Source: Phyllosticta citribraziliensis
Taxonomy: Eukaryota
Reading direction: 5' to 3'
DNA: 64,000 bases
Assembly (NCBI RefSeq): GCF_038025025.1
Contig: NW_027117343.1
Span: 1,364,001 to 1,428,000, forward strand
This document shows positions 23,094 to 35,399 of this stretch, one piece after another. The stretch's first letter is position 1. Each line of letters begins with the position of its first letter. The translations under genes and the position numbers were made by a program. The notes below the pieces were generated by a model. That model did no database searches, was not told where the DNA came from, and worked only from the letters and a program-made list of their open reading frames with translations.

Positions 23094-24533
23094 TCAACCT
23101 AGCAGGTCATCTTTGCCCAGCAGCTTTGCCATGGGATCTTCGGCCTGAACCTTTTTCCGCCGATACTCTTCCATCTCTTCCTCTGTGATGCCATCCCTCA
23201 TTTCTTCGAACGGCCGCTTTTTGCTTTTGTCGTCAGGACGCTTGCGCTTGTCGTCGCCATCCACTGCGTTGGGAACGTGCTTTTCAAGAGCCTTTTCCTC
23301 TTTCCATGCTTCTTCCTTGGGTACTTCTTCGTCTTCCTCCAGTCCCGCCCGCATTTTTTCCGCCTCCTCAAAAGCCTTTTTGCCTTCTTCGCCTGTGCAA
23401 TAACTATTCTTGACAGTCGAATGACAACATGCGTATCCCCATTGAAAGTTTGACCACCAACTGCCCCAAACCGAAGTGTGGTTGTTGATGTGAATGTCTT
23501 CGGGATATTTGGATTTTGCCTTGGTGACGGGTGCTCCTTTGATGCGACCTTTGGAGTCGTATTCGACATATCGCTCATTTTCCATCAGAGCAGCAGTTTT
23601 GATGGGGTTGCTTTGCAGATGTTCTTGACCACCATATTTTGCCAACAACTCCTTTCTCTTTGCCTCGCGCTTTTGCTCTGCCTCCTCGGCCTCCTTCTTG
23701 CGAAAGTATTCGCCCGAGGTTGGGTTTGCTTGGAGATGGACCTTGTTCCTGTCGCCACGCTGTTGAGACTCCCAAGCCAACTTCTGGGCCCTTTCAAACT
23801 CGGCGGCATCTCCTGAAGCCCGCATGAAGCCTTCCTCGGCCACCAACTGTGCCGTCTTGTCTGCACTGACGCCACCGTCCATCAAAGTTCTGGTCTTGGG
23901 GTTGTATTCGGCCGAGTTCAAGTCGAGGCTGACGAGATACTTGGCGGTATCTTCTCTGATTCGGAGATTCCTTGTGCTCGTCGGTTGTTTCCTCCCCATG
24001 TCTGCCTCGGCCTCATATTTTGCATCCTCATCGCCATCTTCATCCTCGTCTTCGTCCGGCTTGTCATCCTCACCGCCCTTGAGTTTCTTCTTCATATCTT
24101 CCACCTCCTTGTACTCTTCTACGACCTTCATGTACTCTTGCGGATCGTATCCGTTCCAACGATCCCGCTTCGCATCCCATCCTAGTGATACGTCCTGGAC
24201 GACTTCGTCTGCCTCGATGTTTTTGCCAGTCCAGCGTGCGCCTGCCTTGCGGGGTCGGCTGAGGCACTCCTTGGTCTTGTGGCTCATGGCACCGCAGTTC
24301 TCACAGGCGCCTTTGCGGTACTTTGTCGCCGCCGGGCCGGATTTCTTGCCGCGGTCATACCATTTCGAATCTGTGGCGAGCGAGTTCTTTTGGAGACGTT
24401 GATGTTCAAGGTAGTCAGAGTCTTCGGCCTCATCGGCGATGTAGAATGGCTTCTTCGCAATGAAGCTGGGGATGTATTCGTTGCGCTCATTCTTGTCCTG
24501 ATCGCCGGGCTTTCGAGGTTGTGCGGGCGGCAT
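23094..24533 (-). CDS. SLU7: Pre-mRNA splicing factor Slu7
   Basis: [14 protein letters not shown], zinc knuckle [51 protein letters not shown]. Confidence 0.95.
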   Translation of the reverse strand: MPPAQPRKPGDQDKNERNEYIPSFIAKKPFYIADEAEDSDYLEHQRLQKNSLATDSKWYDRGKKSGPAATKYRKGACENCGAMSHKTKECLSRPRKAGARWTGKNIEADEVVQDVSLGWDAKRDRWNGYDPQEYMKVVEEYKEVEDMKKKLKGGEDDKPDEDEDEDGDEDAKYEAEADMGRKQPTSTRNLRIREDTAKYLVSLDLNSAEYNPKTRTLMDGGVSADKTAQLVAEEGFMRASGDAAEFERAQKLAWESQQRGDRNKVHLQANPTSGEYFRKKEAEEAEQKREAKRKELLAKYGGQEHLQSNPIKTAALMENERYVEYDSKGRIKGAPVTKAKSKYPEDIHINNHTSVWGSWWSNFQWGYACCHSTVKNSYCTGEEGKKAFEEAEKMRAGLEEDEEVPKEEAWKEEKALEKHVPNAVDGDDKRKRPDDKSKKRPFEEMRDGITEEEMEEYRRKKVQAEDPMAKLLGKDDLLG

Positions 24534-24800
24534 GGTGGGCTGAGATGTGGATGTGGTGTGTAGAGTGGACGGAGGTTGCGGCGAGAGGTTGGAAAGTGAC
24601 ATGGTCCGTGCACCCATCGCGTCGAACTGGAAGATGCGCGTCAAGGCCGTCAGGCTGCCATGACCAAACACTACTCAACGCGTCCGCAACGACTTGCCAC
24701 TCCCGCGCATTACTCGCCAAACTTTGCAGAGGCCTGGTCGCATGATGCTCGCAGTTTCAAAACACTCTAGCAGAGAGAAACTCAATCGGCCCTGGCCTTG

Positions 24801-27800
24801 ATGGACGTCTTTCGCTTTCGCCTCAACTGCGTTGATCACTACCAGGCCACAACGACGAAATTCGACCCTCAGCTCCATCGCGGCCTTGGAATACCGTCGC
24901 AGAGAGAAAATGCTTTTCAGGTCCCCGTCATACGCGTCTTTGGAGCCACCGAGACTGGCCAAAAGGTATGCGCGCACATTCACGGCGCGCTTCCGTACCT
25001 GTACTTGGATTATGACGGCAGCCTAGAGCCGGCCGAAGGTGCGCAATCTTGTTTATCGCAACTACGCCAAAGCTAACCAGGTCCTCGTCAGTCGATGCCC
25101 ATGTCAATTCCCTCCGCATCTCCATCGACCACGCGCTCGCGATTTCGTACCGGCGCAACGCATACGACGGCAAATCCCTCTATGTGGCGCACATTTCTTT
25201 GGTCAAAGGAGTACCGTTTTTTGGTTATCACGTTGGCTACAAGTACTACCTCAAGGTCTACCTGTTAAACCCACTTCACATGACACGATTGGCCGAACTG
25301 CTTCAGCAAGGCACCATTCTCGCAAAGGTGATGCAGCCGCATGAGAGCCACCTCCAGTACCTCGCCCAGTGGATGTGTGACTACAACTTGTTTGGATGCG
25401 GATACATTGACTGCTCACGAGTCAAATTTCGCGCCCCCGTGCCTGAATGGGAGAATCTTAGCCAGACAAAACACAAGTGGCATGACAAGTCTATACCACC
25501 CGCCCACATCTCAGAGGATGACTTTCCTCGCCAGAGTCATTGTGCCATTGAGGTTGACGTCTGTGTGCAAGACATACTCAACCGCAAAGAAATCAAAGAA
25601 AGGCCACTACACCAGGATTTCATGGAGCGCTTCAGCTACCTATCCCCGGATGAGAAGCTTGTACATTCAATGGCAGGACTGTGGAAAGACGAAACCAAAA
25701 GAAGAAAGCGAAGAATGGGTCTGACGGATCCGTCGAGCAGCCCCTTTCCCCCGGAAGTCCTTGTTAGCATGTCGGCCGATTCGAGGGATACTAGCAAGGG
25801 AGGCTGGATACACGAAGAGGAATTCCGAGAGACGATGATGAGATTGGTAGAACAGGAGAAGAGCAGGAATACGGACAGGGACATTTCATTCGATGGCTTC
25901 CTCGAAAAGGCGGCACAGGAAGACCATGTCCAAACTGCCATGGAGAGTGTTGAGGATCTGTATCCCAAGAAATTGGAAGAATACCAAGCAACGCAAAATC
26001 CCTTTCCTTTTGAACAATTGGAAGCCCTTTTACCGACGTTTGACGAGAGCCCATCGGCATTCAAAGATGGCGACAGCGCGTATGATACCGACGAAGCCAT
26101 TGAGAGGGACGTGGCACGGGACATTTTTGACGACCCCAATCTCGCGCCAGAACTACGGAACCCACAAAGGAGTCGTTGTTCAAGAGAAGATCATACATTT
26201 GACGCAGATGATCCAAATCGGGATTTTCTGGAGGACACCGCTTCAAAGTCGGATGGTGAATTCGGAAGCTTCCACGAAGATATTTTGGATGAAATCGACA
26301 AGCAGAAACCCAATTCTCCACGTCTGGGACGGCCAAAGAAAAGAGTGAAATTAGCCCCCAGAGATTTTGAAGCCGTCGAAGATGAGAGACTTGATATGCA
26401 AGACTCTTCACTACCAAAATCATCCCAACCTAAGGTTTCGAGGCGCGTCGCTTTCGAAGACGATGGATGGACGCCTGCCGAAAACACGATATCCAAACGT
26501 CCTAGCCAGGAGATTCCCTTGAGCCAATCCTCTCAGAACAGCATCAAGGCCGGCCCAAATGGAGCTAACACATTGTCATTTCCTGTTGTCAAGAACCCCA
26601 ACGACAGTGACACTGCCCTTCGTTTGAGTCAACGGAGTGGATGGTCCAATTCTCAGAAATCGCCTCATACGCCTGCGAAACGCCTGGATGGCTCTGATAC
26701 CAAGGACTCTCCCGTAACTCCCTGGAGCAATTTTCGGTCCAGCAAGACTTTCTCTAGCAGCCCAGAGATATCGTCCGAAGCTCGAAAGTTTGCTCGCCAG
26801 CTTTCAAAGTCCTTTTACCAATCTACGGACTTGCAGGTCCTCTGCTATGGACAACTGCCGCCAACCGCTGAGACCGTCACATCAACAATGCTTGATTATG
26901 GCCTACCGCCTGTAGTCTACCAAGATGCGCACTACAGCGACGAGAAAGATGTTCCAGAGAGGCCCCGTGAGTATGCTGGACAGGAATTTCGGCTTGAAAG
27001 TACCACACTACCTTACCTTCCTCCATTCGATCCCACTGGAAATCACCCTGCCAACTTTGGCGAAAAGCATGGAGTTGTGATTGACAAGACGAAAGAAGAT
27101 GCCCATCATGAACGACGCCGGACGCAATGCTCTTTGCTGCACTGGGAGATTGCGGCTGCTCCCCCGTCATTTGCAGAGGTCGAGCAGTGGTTAAAAGATG
27201 AGGCCGACAAGGAGATGCCAACCGCAGGTGATGGAAATGGTGACCTCTCCAAGACTCGGCGCAAGGCCGCAAAATCAAAGGGCAACCTCTCCCAAATCGA
27301 GGGCCCAACGCAAAAGAACAGGCATGGCTTCAAGTATTCCCAACGGCAAAAGTCCACCTCCGTCCAACACGAGACCCAATACATGAGTATCATGAGTCTA
27401 GAGGTCCACGTCAACAGTCGAGGCCAATTGCTGCCAGACCCTGCAGAAGACGAAATCTCAAGCATCTTTTGGAGCATTCAGGCAGATGTGAATGAGATTG
27501 AAGGGCCTCGGGTCGGTATCCTCACTCTGTCTGAGGATGATGGCGTCGCTGCCAGAATATCCCGCCAAGTCAATGTCCAAGTCGAACACGAAGACGACGA
27601 ACTCGACATCATCAATCGAATCGTCAGCATTGTGCGCGAGTACGACCCCGACATTCTCACTGGCTACGAAGTACACAACTCGTCCTGGGGTTATCTGATA
27701 GAGCGCGCACGGCTCAAGTACGAGTACGACTTGTGTGATGAGATTGCGCGAACCATCTCTCATTCGCATGGCCGATTCGGAAAAGAGGCGGATCGATGGG

Positions 27801-30034
27801 GCTTTACGCACACGTCGACCATCCGCGTCACTGGCCGACACATGATCAACATATGGCGGGCCATGAGGAGCGAGCTCAATCTGCTGCAGTACACCATGGA
27901 AAACGTCGTGTTCCATCTTCTCCACCGTCGCATACCACGCTACGAATACCAAGACCTGACGCGATGGTACAAGTCGGAAAAGCCGCGCGATTTAGCCAAG
28001 GTGCTCGACTACTTTCTCTCGCGGACACAGCTCAACTTGGACATTCTCGATGCCAACGAGTTGATTCCGAGAACGTCGGAGCAGGCACGTCTGCTCGGCG
28101 TCGACTTCTTTTCCGTCTCCAGCCGTGGGTCGCAGTTCAAGGTCGAGTCTCTGATGTTTCGGATAGCAAAGCCCGAGAACTTCATCCTGCCCTCGCCCAG
28201 TCGGAAGCAGGTTGGCCAGCAAAACGCGCTCGAGTGCCTGCCCCTCGTCATGGAGCCTCAGAGCGCCTTTTACAACTCGCCAGTATTGGTCCTCGACTTT
28301 CAGAGTCTGTACCCAAGCGTCATGATTGCGTACAACTACTGCTACTCGACATGCCTGGGACGAATCGTCAGCTGGCGCGGCACGAACAAGATGGGATTCA
28401 CAGACTTCAAGCGAGAGCCACGACTGCTGGAGCTGGTGCAGGACCACGTCAACATCGCGCCCAACGGCATCATGTACGTCAAGCCGGAGATGCGCAAGTC
28501 GCTGCTGGCCAAGATGCTGGGCGAGATTCTCGAGACGCGCGTCATGGTCAAGAGCGGGATGAAGGTGGACAAGGACGACAAGACGCTGCAGCAGCTGCTC
28601 AACAACCGGCAGCTGGCGCTCAAGCTGATTGCCAACGTCACGTACGGCTACACGTCCGCCAGCTTCTCAGGCCGCATGCCGTGCAGCGAGATTGCCGACA
28701 GCATCGTGCAGACGGGCCGCGAGACGCTGGAAAAGGCCATCGCCCTGATCCACAGCGAGACGCGGTGGGGCGCCGAGGTCGTCTACGGCGACACGGACTC
28801 GCTCTTTGTGCACCTCAAGGGGCGCACGCGCGACGAGGCCTTTGCCATTGGCGACGAGATTGCCGCCGCCGTGACGGCGCGCAACCCGCGGCCCGTCAAG
28901 CTCAAGTTCGAAAAGGTGTACCACCCGTGCGTGCTGCTGGCCAAAAAGCGCTACGTCGGCTTCAAGTACGAGACGAGGTCGCAGGCGGAGCCCGAGTTCG
29001 ACGCCAAAGGCATCGAGACGGTGCGGCGCGACGGCACGCCGGCGGAGCAGAAGATCGAGGAGACGGCGCTCAAGCTGCTGTTCCGCACCGCCGACCTCTC
29101 GCAGGTCAAGCGCTACTTCCAGCGACAATGCGCCAAGATCCAAGCCGGCCGCGTCTCCATCCAAGACTTCGTCTTCGCGCGCGAAGTCAAGCTGGGCACC
29201 TACAGCGAGCGCGGCGTAGGGCCTGCCGGCGCGCTCATCGCGACGCGCCGCATGCTGGCCGACCGCCGCGCGGAGCCGCAGTACGGCGAGCGCGTGCCGT
29301 ACGTCGTGGTGACGGGGGCGCCCGGCGCGCGCCTCATCGACCGCTGCGTCGCGCCGGACAAGCTGCTCGCCGACGACCAGCTCGAGCTCGACGCCGACTA
29401 CTACATTTCCAAGAACCTGATTCCGCCGCTCGAGCGCATCTTCAACCTCGTCGGCGCCAACGTGCGCGCGTGGTGGGACGAGATGCCCAAGGTGCAGCGC
29501 GTGCGCAGCGTCACTGCGGCCGCGGCTGGCGCGTATGGTGGTGGTGGTGGTGGAGGCGTAGGAGGAGGAGGAGGAGGAGCAGAACAACATCACCACAACG
29601 TGGGCCCGGCACCCGCCAAGAAAACCCTCGAAAACTACATGAAAGCGACGTCCTGCCTCCTCTGCCGCGCCGCGCTCCCCAAACCCCCCAAACATCGACC
29701 CACCACCACCACCACCGCCACGAACCCTCCCCCCGACCTCCCCCTCTGCCCCTCCTGCGCCTCCTCCCCACACACCACCCTCGCATCGCTGCGCGCGCGC
29801 CTCGCCGCCGCCGACCGCCGCGTCGCCGACTCGGCCGCCGTGTGCCGCAGCTGCGCCGGGCTGGCGTTCGGCGAGCAGGTGCGCTGCGCGTCGCGCGACT
29901 GCCCGGTGTTTTATAGCCGCGTGAGGGAGGGGGCGAGGGCGAGGGCGCTGCGGGGCGGGTTTGGCGGTGTTGTTGCGGCGTTGGAGGGGAGGGTTGAGCG
30001 GGAGATGGAGGGGGAGATGGAGTTGGAGTGGTGA
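24801..30034 (+). CDS. REV3: DNA polymerase zeta catalytic subunit Rev3
   Basis: Exon 1 MDVFRFRLNCVDHY..VPVIRVFG..CAHIHGALPYLY, intron 25039-25091; B-family motifs VLDFQSLYPS, KLIANVTYGY and YGDTDSLF; C-terminal CysA/CysB (CLLC..CPSC, CRSC..CASRDCPVFY). Confidence 0.97.
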
Positions 30035-30378
30035 GGGAGTGAGGTACTGGGGAGGGGGGGAGAGAGGGGGGTTTGTATTGGTTTTTGTTTTTTGCATCGT
30101 CACGCATTGGGGGTGGGGAGCTGCGCAACACACCACACACATATACACCCCTGAAGAGCGTAGACAGACTGGATTTTGTTTAGGCAAGTCCCTCAGCCCG
30201 TCAATGAGCACTTGACAGTATTGGAATAGACTCAAGTAATAGGACGACACCTGACCACAACTACAATCATAATCATGCAAGCAACGACTCCCTCCCAGAC
30301 GACGACGAGATGAATGAGAGGACTTAAATAGTGTACACAGTATAGTCACCGATTGATCCACAAGACGAAGAGAAGAAG

Positions 30379-30402
30379 AACAACAACAACAACAACAACA
30401 AC
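30379..30402 (+). repeat. (AAC)8 microsatellite in the repeat-rich REV3/SND1 convergent spacer
   Basis: Direct reading; neighbouring (AGACC)n, (GACT)n and (CAGCAC)n tracts. Confidence 0.9.
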
Positions 30403-30786
30403 GAAGTCAATATCCAACCGCCACACGTGTACGCGCGGGCGTGCGTGCGAGCGTGCATGCATGCATCCAAAACCCCCCAATCACCAAGGCATGACTGACT
30501 GACCAGACCAGACCAGACCAGACCAAACCACACTACACCCACACCCACCAACATGCAGCAGATCCCTCCTCCTTCCTCTTGATACAGTACAAATGGCAGC
30601 AAACAAGCCAAGCTCTTCTGATCCCACCACACAGGGCCTCGTCAACAGACAGACGGACAGATACAAAGCAGAACCAACTTTTACACCGGCACCAGCACCA
30701 GCACCACAACTACTGCGACGACAACGACACCTCCAAGCGTCAAAGCAACAACAGCAAACCAACGATGGGTGGCCAGACGACTGCAC

Positions 30787-33587
30787 TTAATCCTCAGTCA
30801 AGTCGCCATACTCCCAGACACCCCTCCTCTCAGCCTTGGCCTCATCCTCGCGCGCCTTGAGCGCCGGCAGCACGTCCGTGGCGGCGCGCTCCCACGGCCG
30901 CAGCTTCAGCGGCACGCGCGCCAGGCCCTCGCCGACGACCTCGGCGTTGATGCTGTGGTCCTTGGACTCGCTCTCCGGGTAGAACAGCGTCACGTGCCAC
31001 GCGCCGTCGACCACGTTGTCGACGTTGGCCACCAGCTGCACGCCGTTGGTCAGCTCGCCCACGAACGCCACCGCGTCGCGCAGGTAGTCGGGCGTCGCTT
31101 CCGACGGGAACTGCACGAATGAGAGCACCGCCTCCGTGGCCTGCGGCCGCAGCGACGCCGTGCTGAATTTGGCGTCGAGGGGCCGCAGGCTCGAGTATGG
31201 CAGTGTCTCCGAGTTGCCGTAGTCGACGTAGACGACTTCGACCTTTTTGTTCTCGCGGTCGTGGCGCCGGATGCGCGCGCGGTACCAGTCGTTGTCCTCG
31301 CTGAAGCGCGCGGATACAAAGTCGCCGACCTTGAATTGCGAGAGCGGCTTGTCGTTTGACCTGTCCAGGTGGAAGTTGCGGAAGCGTTCCATGAGGTTGG
31401 TGAGTTCGGCGGTTCCGCTGCCAATTTCTTGCAGCTTCAAGCGACCGTTCTCTTCAACATGTGTGACCATGACGTCGCGGTAGTCTTTGCGGCGTTCTGC
31501 AGCGGCAGCGTCGCCGTTGGTGCCGTTGCTCGTCTGTGCTGGCGATTCGTCCTCCTCCACATCCTGCGAGGGATCCCAGCTGTGCCACATACCCTTGCGT
31601 CCCTCCTTGGCCTTTTGTTCCGCAGCAAAGAGCTCCTTTGCGTTGCCAGACTTTTCAGCCGAGTACGCATGCACAGAGGCCAGCCCCTCCTCGACCAGAA
31701 GCTTGGCAAAGCTCTCGCGGTTGACGTAGAGCGTGCCGATGAAGCCACCGACCTTGTCACAGTCCTCGACGTCAATCTCGACGTCGCGCTGCAGACACCT
31801 TTTGTTGGCAAAGTCGTGTGCCTCTTGACCGAAAGGCTCGCTCTTTTCGTTGGGGTTCCTGGCCGACTTGGGAGCACGAATACCAGAAAGTACAAACGTG
31901 AGTTTGGCATTCTCGCGGGGAACCAAGACGGTGAAGCGGGATCCGGACTTGACAAAGTCGACAATTGCCGGTACCTTCTTTTGTTTCGAGAGGAGAGTGA
32001 GCTGCCTCTTGGCCTTTTCCAAGCTCTCTGAGTGGTCGACGAATGGCTTGGTTGAAGGAGACTTGGACGACCAAATGCCCTTTTGCTCCTTTTGCGCCTG
32101 GTCCTCAGCCAGGAGCAAGTCGTCGTAAACGGAGCTGCGGTCTGCGTCGTCGGCACGGTGCCTAATTACTGAGCCGTATCCGTTCTCGACCAGGAGCAAG
32201 GCAACATTCTTGCCATTGTGCGTCACGGTGGCCATCTCGCGCTCGTCGAATCCATCCTGGGGTGGGCGCTTGCCGTCAATCACAACCTTGACGTGCTTTC
32301 CAATCAACCTCTTTCTCAAAAACTCCTTTGCCTCTGCTTGCCAAGGGGCCTGCTTGTGGTCCGTCGTCTTGGGTTGCCTGACGCTGCTCAAGTTGATGCG
32401 CTTCTCGAGGCCGGCCTTGTTGCGGAGATACAATGTGTCTGCACTTTGGACTCTGCTGACAACGGCCTCGACCTCGCCAGCGCTCGGCCTAGCAGTCGAC
32501 ACGTGGCCTTGGAAGACACCCAGCCTCTGTTCCTTGGCCTTTCTCTCAGCCTGCCGCAGCTTGCCCATTTCTCCGCCCAAAAGTGTAGAGTGTTGGTCCA
32601 TACATCTTGCCAAGCCCGACTCGAGCAAGTAAGGCGCTACGCTTCCGCGCAAGGGGTGCGATACGGTTCCGATGAGCTGGTTTTGAGGATTCACACCGAG
32701 CGGAGAAAACTTGATGTTGCGCTGCAAAAGGCGGGTCTCGATGAATTGTTGGGCCTCGTCGCCAAAAGGCTCTGCAGGCTGCTCCTTTCCGTCGGATGGG
32801 TTTACGCGCTTTGTTGACGGCGCGCGAATGCCAGCAACTAGTACCATGGTTTGGACGTGCTTGGAGGGCGATAGGAGCAGGCGCGCAATGAGGCGATCTC
32901 CGCTGAGGACCTTTTCGACGATGGCTGCTCGAATTAGCTGTGAATCCCACGATACCACCATTTTGAAACTCACCATTAAGTTCGACGCCCCTGTTTTGTT
33001 CCACAAACGTCTTGGGGTCTGGCAATTCGTAGGCAGTGTCGAGGTGTCCTCCCGCCTCGGCCCACAGGCCTTTCGAGTCTGCCCTCGCTCGTGCCTCCAA
33101 AACCTCGAGCCTTTGCAGAATCATGGTCGAAGCTTCGGAGTCATCTTTGCGGTCAGCATCGCCGCGGAGCTTGACCCAGCCTTCGGCGACGGCGGTGTCG
33201 GGCAGCGTGAGACCACCGGGGAGGGTGATGATGCCGTAGTCGCGCTTCGCACCGGTTGGGATGGTGTACAGGACTCGAAATTGCACGACCTTGCCGACGA
33301 GGATGTTGCGCAAAAAGTCTCGCGATTCAAAGGCAAAGGGCTGCGTTCCTGGCGTGTTAGCATGGTGCCCTGAGATGTTCAACAACAGGCCGGCGGCGTT
33401 GAAAACTTGGCGGGTCAATGTCTGGTGAGTAAAATTGTCCACGCACCTCATCGCCCTCTCTCCTTAACCGCGGCGCAGAGACAAAGGCAAGGCTCAGGAC
33501 GCGCTCTTGCTTGGGGTTGTTGATGTTGTGCAGGACGACGGTGTCGCCTGAGAGAACGCTCTTGACCATTGCTTGGAACAACGCCAT
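30787..33587 (-). CDS. SND1: Tudor staphylococcal nuclease (SND1/Tudor-SN), 3 exons
   Basis: VKSVLSGDT, repeated SNase domains, Tudor motif ARFSEDNDWYRARI..VVYVDYGNSE, C-terminal RRGVWEYGDLTED; introns at about 33446-33342 and 32972-32929. Confidence 0.95.
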
Positions 33588-34114
33588 TTTGGGAATCGAG
33601 GTATCGACTGGGAAGCGTAGGACGTCAGAAGAGCGCGGATGGACGGTTGGCGAGTCGGTTTGATGAGACTCACACGAGCTGACTTTTTGGAATGAAGCGG
33701 AGTAGTGCGGCGATGGCGATTGCAAGCAGGTCCCTAAACTCGAAGGGGCAAGGTGCAGGGTTGCAGCGTGGTGAGAACGGGGAGGGGTTCGGGGGGTCGA
33801 TGGGGTGTTGCAGGTGGAGGAGAGGAGCTGTGGGGTTGAATCTGGCCTCTTCGTTTGGAAGTCGTCAGTCGGCGCGCCGAGGGGAGGGTCCAAGCGGCCA
33901 GCCTTTCGGAGGAGGTTGTTCGGTCCGGCCACTCAATTCAGGTACCACGACGAGTACATCAATTGTGTGCTTGTCATTTCACGCAAGGAGTCGTCGGCAC
34001 GTCTGCACATCTGCACAATTATTTTCATTGTAGCTACGCTAACCGCCAATTTGATCGTAGACCTCGTTCACATTTGTACCATTGTACCTACAGCACCAAC
34101 AGTGCTCGCGCCAT

Positions 34115-34985
34115 CTAGTTGGAGATGCCAATGACACCTACGCATGGCTACATTAGCCTTCGGCCTAACCGGGTCAATGGCGAGTATCCGTAACTTACCG
34201 CATGCGGGGCGGGGACCAGCGTTGCCCGTCTTCTTGGACTCCTCGTTGCCGCCCTTGCCCAGGTCGTCGGTGCCGCCGTGGACGACGACGGTGCGGCCAA
34301 TGACGCTCTCGGCACCAATGAGCTTGACGAGCTTGTCGGTGACGGAGCCGGTCGCGTTGCCCTGGGCGTCGGTCTTGAGGTTACCAAGGTCACCGACGTG
34401 GCGGTCCTCGTCGGTGGGAGCACCGTGACCCTTGCCGTGGGGGTTGACTGGCTGGTGTTAGCAGTCGACGCCGGATGGGGTGTGGTTTGTGGTTTGCAGC
34501 TCACAGTGAGGGCCGGCAGAGGTGCAGCCGTTGGTGTTGTCGCCAAAGGCGTGGACGTGGATGCCACGCTCAGCGTTGGGGTCGTGGCCGGAAAGGTTCC
34601 ATGAGATGGTGGTGGGAGCAGACTCGGACTCCTGCTCAAAGGTGACGGTTCCCTTGACGTTGGAGTCTCCACGGAGGACAGCGACTAGGAGAGGATTCGC
34701 GTTAGCCGACTGGGACTGACATGTGTAGGTGAGCACCTTGATGAGCGACGGGGACCACGACCAGGACCGGGACCAGGACCAGCCGCCAGTCATCGAGTGT
34801 AATTAACAGCCGCAGCCAACAAGGTGCCCGGCCAGAGCCAATTGCCAGACGACGTCGTCGAGGCAAGCCGCCAGGTGTCGAAAGAACATGCTCAAACGGC
34901 CTCGCAGCAGCCCCACCCTAGCCCAAGCCGGAGTGGCGATACAGCTGATCAATGCAAAGTTACACAACGTACCGGCCTTGACCAT
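34115..34985 (-). CDS. SOD1: Cu/Zn superoxide dismutase, 4 exons
   Basis: [67 protein letters not shown]; all Cu/Zn ligands visible. Confidence 0.97.
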
Positions 34986-35399
34986 TTTGGCGGATTGATT
35001 GATTGATTCAATTGAACGGGGTGATGAGGGTGATGATGAGCAGGACAGGAGTTGACGATGAGAGAGAAAAGACGAGAGCGAGACGAGACGAGACGGAGAC
35101 CCGAAGAGACCAGCTCACTGCGGGGCTCGATTGATGACGAAACTACAACGCCCCCCGCCCCTACACCAATCACAGCCCTTGCACGTGCCATCAGCTCCGT
35201 CTCCGCCGCGTCCTATTCCTAAGCAACTGCACACTAGATTGTTCAGGTCGGCATTAACAACATTTTGGTATCCGTCTATCTGCACAAAAATCAAACTACG
35301 AATTGCTGCATGGCACTATTGCCTGGGTCGTCACTCTTCAAATTCTGCCCCCGTCGTCATTTTACCCCGCCTTTCCGATATCGGCTCGGCCGCCCCAAT

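Noticed and set aside
27796..30361. Long overlapping ORFs (706 aa +, 564 aa -) inside REV3
   Set aside because: Shadow ORFs expected from extreme GC3; Arg/Ala/Pro-rich, with no motifs.
30423..30466. Alternating purine-pyrimidine (Z-DNA-like) tract
   Set aside because: Interrupted and typical of the low-complexity spacers throughout this window.
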